From the NCBI GenBank assembly GCA_943325655.2, contig CALPQG020000001.1, positions 1 through 29,105 on the forward strand: DNA of 29,105 nucleotides, written 5' to 3'. This document shows positions 24,694-29,105 of this stretch, one piece after another (position 1 is the first letter of the stretch; each line of letters opens with the position of its first letter). Source of the DNA: Bifidobacterium breve (GTDB lineage Bacteria; Bacteroidota; Bacteroidia; Cytophagales; UBA9547). Made by a program: the position numbers and the translations under genes. Below the pieces are notes generated by a model. The model was not told where the DNA came from. It was given only the letters and a program-made list of their open reading frames with translations, and did no database searches.

Positions 24694-25126
24694 TATTTTC
24701 AATGATGATTTTCAGGATTTTATTAACTGTTTAGAGAAATCAAAGGTTAAATATATTTTAGTAGGAGGTTATTCTGTGGTGTTACATGGTTATCCAAGAA
24801 CAACTGGTGACTTGGATATTTGGGTTGAAAAATCAGCATCAAACTATAATTTATTGACAATAGCTTTTTATGATTTTGGGATGTCAATTATGGACCAAGG
24901 AATTTTCCTGTCAAATGAAGTTGACGTATTTACTTACGGTAGACCTCCACAAGCAATTGATTTAATGACTGAATGTAAGGGTCTTCTTTTTGAAAATGCT
25001 TATGAGAATTCTAACATAATAACTGTTGATTCGATTAAGGTGAGGTTAATCCATTATAATGACTTAATAACCGCAAAAAAAAGTGCCGGAAGACATAAAG
25101 ATCTAAATGACCTTGAACACCTGTAA
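24686..25126 (+). CDS. Minimal nucleotidyltransferase (DUF6036/AbiEii-like clade)
   Basis: YILVGGYSV..HGYPRTTGDLDIWV and C-terminal AKKSAGRHKDLNDL motifs. Confidence 0.85.
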   Translation: MGNIFNDDFQDFINCLEKSKVKYILVGGYSVVLHGYPRTTGDLDIWVEKSASNYNLLTIAFYDFGMSIMDQGIFLSNEVDVFTYGRPPQAIDLMTECKGLLFENAYENSNIITVDSIKVRLIHYNDLITAKKSAGRHKDLNDLEHL

Positions 25127-25244
25127 TTTTTAAGACTAAAATTTTATTCCTACAAATTAATAACCCCGTTGGTCTATCGTAAATGCAAGCGCAGGCCCAA
25201 ACGATTGCTGATCCTAATGGCTAATGTTTACATGTTGTGTGGTG

Positions 25245-25267
25245 CAAGTCATGCGCTTTTGCGAAGA
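25245..25267 (-). repeat. Right arm of the inverted repeat flanking the nucleotidyltransferase cassette
   Basis: Reverse complement reads TCTTCGCAAAAGCGCATGACTTG. Confidence 0.8.
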
Positions 25268-25322
25268 GTAGACATAAACTAGTGGAGGGAAACCTGTCTG
25301 TACATGATTAAATCAGCGAACC

Positions 25323-26549
25323 TCACAAATCCAACTTCCGTAATACCTTGGCTTTTACGGCCATAAAACCTACTACCAATAAGGTCATGCTTCCGCCAAA
25401 AATAACGGATGGTACCAAGCCCATCAAGCGAGCGGCCAATCCCGATTCGAAGGCACCGATTTCATTCGAAGAGCCAATAAATACATTGTTCACCGCCGAT
25501 ACCCTGCCTTTCATGTGTTCGGGGGTAAAGGTATGTAATAGCGTTGAGCGAACAATCACACTGACGCTGTCAAACAAACCGCTCAGTAAAAGGATAGCGA
25601 AAGACAACCAGAAGAATTCAGATACGGCAAAACCTATCATGCACAAACCAAATCCGGCAACGGCAATCAACAACTTGAGTCCTGCTGCTTTTTTCATTGG
25701 AAAATAAGTTAGGGCTAAGGCCAAACCTACAGAGCCAATGGCGGGTGCGGCTTGTAAAATCCCCAAACCTTCGGGGCCACATTTTAAGATGTCTTTGGCA
25801 AAGGCGGGCAATAATGCTACGGCACCGCCAAACAATACCGCAAACAAATCAAGAGAAATGGCGCTGAGGATAATGCTGTTGCCAAAGATAAATTTGATGC
25901 CCAAGGTCAGGCTTTCCCAAAGGGTATATTTTTCTGAGTGGATAGGCAATGGTTTTGGTTTGATCAATAAAGTCACCATCAAAGCAAAAATCATTAATCC
26001 AAAATCCAAAGCATAAGTAGTTTGCACGCTGGTTAGTCCATATACCAAACCTCCCACAGCGGGACCAACTACCGAAGCCGTTTGCCAAGTAGTACTGTTC
26101 CAGGAAACCGCATTTTGAAACAAATCTTTGTGAGGAAGCAATTGAGGCATAAAGGCAAAAATAGCAGGACCTAAAAAGCCTCTGGCTATGCCACTTAAAA
26201 AGATTACTCCATATATGGCAGTCACCCCATAATCTTGTAAGGTTTGGGTCATGTTTATACTAATTCCCCACAATAAGATTGAACAAAAAGTAAGTACAAA
26301 CAAGGCATACATCACAATGCGTTTGCGCGGAAACATATCCGTGATATGCCCTGCCACCAACGATACCCCTATAGAAGGAATGGCTTCGGCCAAGCCCATG
26401 AGGCCTAAGGCAAAAACGTCGCCCGTGATGTCGTAAATTTGATAGCCAACAGCAACCCTTTGTACCTGCAAAGCGATGATAATACAAAACCTGGCGATGA
26501 TAAAGTATTTGAATTCCGGTATGCGAAGTGCTGCGTAGGGGTCTTTCAT
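25323..26549 (-). CDS. MFS transporter (DHA3/MFS_3-like)
   Basis: About 12 TM helices; LGLMGLAEAIP, AGHITD..PRKR, SLDLFAVLFGGAVALLP, HMKGRVSAVN..FIGSSNEIGAFESG. Confidence 0.92.
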   Translation of the reverse strand: MKDPYAALRIPEFKYFIIARFCIIIALQVQRVAVGYQIYDITGDVFALGLMGLAEAIPSIGVSLVAGHITDMFPRKRIVMYALFVLTFCSILLWGISINMTQTLQDYGVTAIYGVIFLSGIARGFLGPAIFAFMPQLLPHKDLFQNAVSWNSTTWQTASVVGPAVGGLVYGLTSVQTTYALDFGLMIFALMVTLLIKPKPLPIHSEKYTLWESLTLGIKFIFGNSIILSAISLDLFAVLFGGAVALLPAFAKDILKCGPEGLGILQAAPAIGSVGLALALTYFPMKKAAGLKLLIAVAGFGLCMIGFAVSEFFWLSFAILLLSGLFDSVSVIVRSTLLHTFTPEHMKGRVSAVNNVFIGSSNEIGAFESGLAARLMGLVPSVIFGGSMTLLVVGFMAVKAKVLRKLDL

Positions 26550-26552
26550 TTT

Positions 26553-26750
26553 TTTTCAGTTTTCAGTTTTCAGTTTTGAGTTGTCGGTTGTTAATAACCA
26601 TGGTTTTGTTCTCACAAACCATGGCTTTCGTTTGGTGAATTAACACCAACTTGGGCGGCTTTACGAATAAATTACAAACGAAGTTCAAAAGAATGTCAGC
26701 CAAACTCGTAAACTCGAGAACAGATAACTTGAAAACAACAAATCACAAAA
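26553..26750 (-). repeat. Heptamer-based inverted-repeat arms spanning the sucD-MFS intergenic region
   Basis: TTTTCAG x3, TTTTGAG, TTGTCGG at 26553-26587; complementary-type AACTCGA/AACTTGAAAAC units at 26703-26750. Confidence 0.6.
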
Positions 26751-26783
26751 AATCCCGCCTAGAATAAACGAAGCGGGATTTTT
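26748..26783 (-). terminator. Intrinsic terminator after sucD
   Basis: AAAAATCCCGC / GCGGGATTTTT 11-bp stem, 19 nt after the sucD stop. Confidence 0.82.
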
Positions 26784-26802
26784 AAATATTTCTAAAAGCT
26801 GA

Positions 26803-27693
26803 TTAAGCCAATACTTTTCTTTCTTTCAATGCTTTTACCATTGTTTCTCCAATATCAGCTGGAGATTGTACTACATAAATACCACATTCTGCCATAATTT
26901 TCATTTTAGCAGCAGCGGTATCATCAGCACCACCAACGATAGCACCTGCGTGACCCATTCTACGTCCTTTTGGAGCAGTTTGTCCAGCGATGAAACCCAC
27001 TACAGGTTTAGTGCCATGCGCTTTGATCCAACGTGCAGCTTCAGCTTCCATGCCACCTCCGATTTCGCCAATCATGACAATACCTTCTGTTTCTGGATCA
27101 TTCATCAACAATTCAACCGCTTCTTTGGTTGTAGTTCCAATGATTGGATCTCCACCAATCCCGATTGCTGTAGTTTGACCAAGACCAACTTTAGTCAATT
27201 GATCTACTGCCTCGTAAGTCAATGTTCCTGATTTAGAAACTACACCGATAGTACCTTTTTTGAAGATAAAACCTGGCATAATACCTACTTTCGCTTCTTC
27301 AGCTGTAATTACTCCTGGACAGTTTGGTCCAATTAAAGTTACCCCTTCTTTAGATTTGATATAGCTTTTGGCATAAATCATATCTTTGGTAGGAATACCT
27401 TCAGTAATACAAATAATCACTTTGATTCCTGCATCAGCAGCTTCCATAATGGCATCTGCTGCAAAAGCTGGAGGTACAAAGATAATCGATACATCAGCAC
27501 CAGTTTTAGCAACTGCATCAGCTACTGTATTGAATACTGGTTTGTCTAAGTGCAAAGTTCCACCTTTTCCAGGTGTTACCCCACCAACTACATTTGTACC
27601 ATATTCATGCATTTGACCAGCATGGAAAGTGCCTTCAGTGCCTGTGAAGCCCTGAACTATAACTTTTGAATTTTTATTTACTAAAACGCTCAT
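26803..27693 (-). CDS. sucD: Succinate--CoA ligase subunit alpha
   Basis: [50 protein letters not shown] (phospho-His). Confidence 0.98.
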   Translation of the reverse strand: MSVLVNKNSKVIVQGFTGTEGTFHAGQMHEYGTNVVGGVTPGKGGTLHLDKPVFNTVADAVAKTGADVSIIFVPPAFAADAIMEAADAGIKVIICITEGIPTKDMIYAKSYIKSKEGVTLIGPNCPGVITAEEAKVGIMPGFIFKKGTIGVVSKSGTLTYEAVDQLTKVGLGQTTAIGIGGDPIIGTTTKEAVELLMNDPETEGIVMIGEIGGGMEAEAARWIKAHGTKPVVGFIAGQTAPKGRRMGHAGAIVGGADDTAAAKMKIMAECGIYVVQSPADIGETMVKALKERKVLA

Positions 27694-27716
27694 GTATACT
27701 TCGAATTTAACGCCTA

Positions 27717-27747
27717 CAAAAATACTTTTTTTTGCTTCTTATACAAA
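27717..27747 (-). promoter_or_regulatory. Canonical Bacteroidota sigma70 promoter for sucD
   Basis: Minus strand TTTG (27747-44) - N19 - TATTTTTG (27724-17); ATG 23 nt downstream. Confidence 0.7.
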
Positions 27748-27798
27748 AAATAGCGCCTTGTTATTTTAAAATTTACAGATAAATGTCATCAAATCGTA

Positions 27799-29105
27799 TT
27801 AGTTCTTTACCAACTTGGTAAAATACGTTTGGTTATTCACCTGTAATTCCACGATATACAAGCCTGTTATAAGTTCAGAAAGGTTATGTTCAGCATTGAT
27901 GTTTAAGGTGTTTGAGGCTTTGTATACTATTGTTCCGGTCAAATCGCGCACAATAATGATGTAATTTAAATTCATGTCAGGCCCCAAAATATGGATAACC
28001 TCTTTGGTTGGATTGGGAACTACTGCATATTCACTTGCCGGGTGACTGTTTAAACTTACACTTGAGTCTGCCTGAAAATTGGCTACTATTCTTGCATCCA
28101 TGTAAGCTGTTTCTGAGACTTTGAATGGATGAGAAAAGGCTATACAGTTGTTTGTTTTCACCGCAACTTTATAGTCACCGTTGTATTGAACGGCAAGTTT
28201 ATTTTCTGTCGCACCTAAGAGTTTGTAGTCATTCAAATACCATTGGTACGTTGCACTAGAAACTACATCTGTTTGAAGTGTACCCTCATTTGCTCCTAAA
28301 TCAGTTGCCATAATTATTGGAATCTTTTCAACTTGTGATACAGCAATGGCCATGTCACCTGAAGGTTTACAGGTTTCGATATTGACATTATAGTTACCAT
28401 AAGTGTTGACTGAAAATGTATTGCCAGTTTCATTCACAACCATTCTTCCGTTTCTATACCATTGGTATGTGGCTCCAGGTTCAGGCGTTTTGATATAAAG
28501 TTGTAGAGAATTTGGTGTACAGAAACTATAGGCTCCAGCACTGATGATTTCAGGAATTACCGTGGTGCCATTGCTAGGTTTTACACTGATGTTTATTGTT
28601 TCTGATATAGCAACAGGTGTTTTACAGGCTTGGTCATAAATACTTAATAACTTGTATTGGCTCGTCACATTGGGGGAGACTTTGAATAAAAAGTTGTTTA
28701 GTGAATTGTTGATGGTAGTGTCTTTTTCGAAATTATTGACACCCATCCTGATGGTGATTGGTCTAACACCTTCAATATGTAACCAAATTGATTTGTGGTC
28801 TGTATCGCAAACATTGATGCTTTTTTCAGTAGTGCCGAAGATGCTTAAACTGGCATTAGGCTGATTGGCAATACTGATCTTGTCAGTGGCTGAAGCTGCT
28901 GCACAACCACCACTTGCAGCAATGGTATTGGTAATGGTGTAATCTCCTATTGGAATTGTCGCAATATCAATTTCGCCAGTAGCCGCGTTTGCAAAACTTA
29001 GAGCAGGTACCGCGGTGAATGTTCCATTTGTAAGGTTAGTCAAGGGATTGCCTCCTGATTTACAATAGGCGGTATCGGTATAAGTAAATTTAGGATTTGG
29101 TTTAG
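27799..29105 (-). CDS. T9SS type A sorted Ig-like-repeat protein, 5' partial (open past the window edge)
   Basis: Frame stays open upstream of the track's TTG at 29043 (KPNPKFTYTDTAYCKSGGNPL...); Ig-like YQWY..NG..TNT..V...GxY repeats; CTD VVPNPTKEVIHI...GLYIVEL...KLVKN. Confidence 0.88.
   Translation of the reverse strand, partial: KPNPKFTYTDTAYCKSGGNPLTNLTNGTFTAVPALSFANAATGEIDIATIPIGDYTITNTIAASGGCAAASATDKISIANQPNASLSIFGTTEKSINVCDTDHKSIWLHIEGVRPITIRMGVNNFEKDTTINNSLNNFLFKVSPNVTSQYKLLSIYDQACKTPVAISETINISVKPSNGTTVIPEIISAGAYSFCTPNSLQLYIKTPEPGATYQWYRNGRMVVNETGNTFSVNTYGNYNVNIETCKPSGDMAIAVSQVEKIPIIMATDLGANEGTLQTDVVSSATYQWYLNDYKLLGATENKLAVQYNGDYKVAVKTNNCIAFSHPFKVSETAYMDARIVANFQADSSVSLNSHPASEYAVVPNPTKEVIHILGPDMNLNYIIIVRDLTGTIVYKASNTLNINAEHNLSELITGLYIVELQVNNQTYFTKLVKN

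Noticed and set aside
26803-27693. sucD without an adjacent sucC
   Set aside because: Separation of sucC and sucD is common in Bacteroidota and not unusual
951-28864. The many 60-190 aa ORFs nested in or antisense to long genes (for example 4153..4734, 14878..15381, 19425..19841, 25348..25707)
   Set aside because: Shadow ORFs of well-supported genes with no recognisable motifs or start context

Overview
AT-rich chromosomal window from a Bacteroidota bacterium, probably Cytophagales-like (inferred from T9SS CTD proteins, PorP/SprF paralogues, the MurF-Alr fusion and TAnnTTTG promoters). It contains housekeeping genes (ilvC, murF-alr, ZIP transporter, pccB, aspC, rfaE, aroK, MFS, sucD) and many type IX secretion-related genes: a T9SS-sorted TIM-barrel protein next to a GH20, an LRR protein, two PorP/SprF genes, a PorE-like OmpA protein, a type-B-CTD Ig-repeat adhesin, a lipoprotein made of little more than a CTD, and a partial type-A-CTD Ig-repeat protein at the right edge. 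The ORF track labels ilvC (3642..5126) as '+', but the sequence shows it is on the minus strand. Non-coding elements include a probable 6S RNA, two covarying Flavo-1-like RNA repeats, 7-nt-period intergenic repeats, and a structured leader plus an operator-like palindrome before the ZIP gene. The best candidate for an undescribed system is 24223-25312: a low-GC, overlapping two-gene cassette (63-aa protein plus a minimal GG..RxTxDxD nucleotidyltransferase). It is bracketed by a 21/23-nt inverted repeat and preceded by a duplicated fragment of the rfaE start region, which suggests a mobile toxin-antitoxin or defence-like module. No tRNA, rRNA, CRISPR array or transposase was seen. All family assignments come from motif recognition, not database searches.
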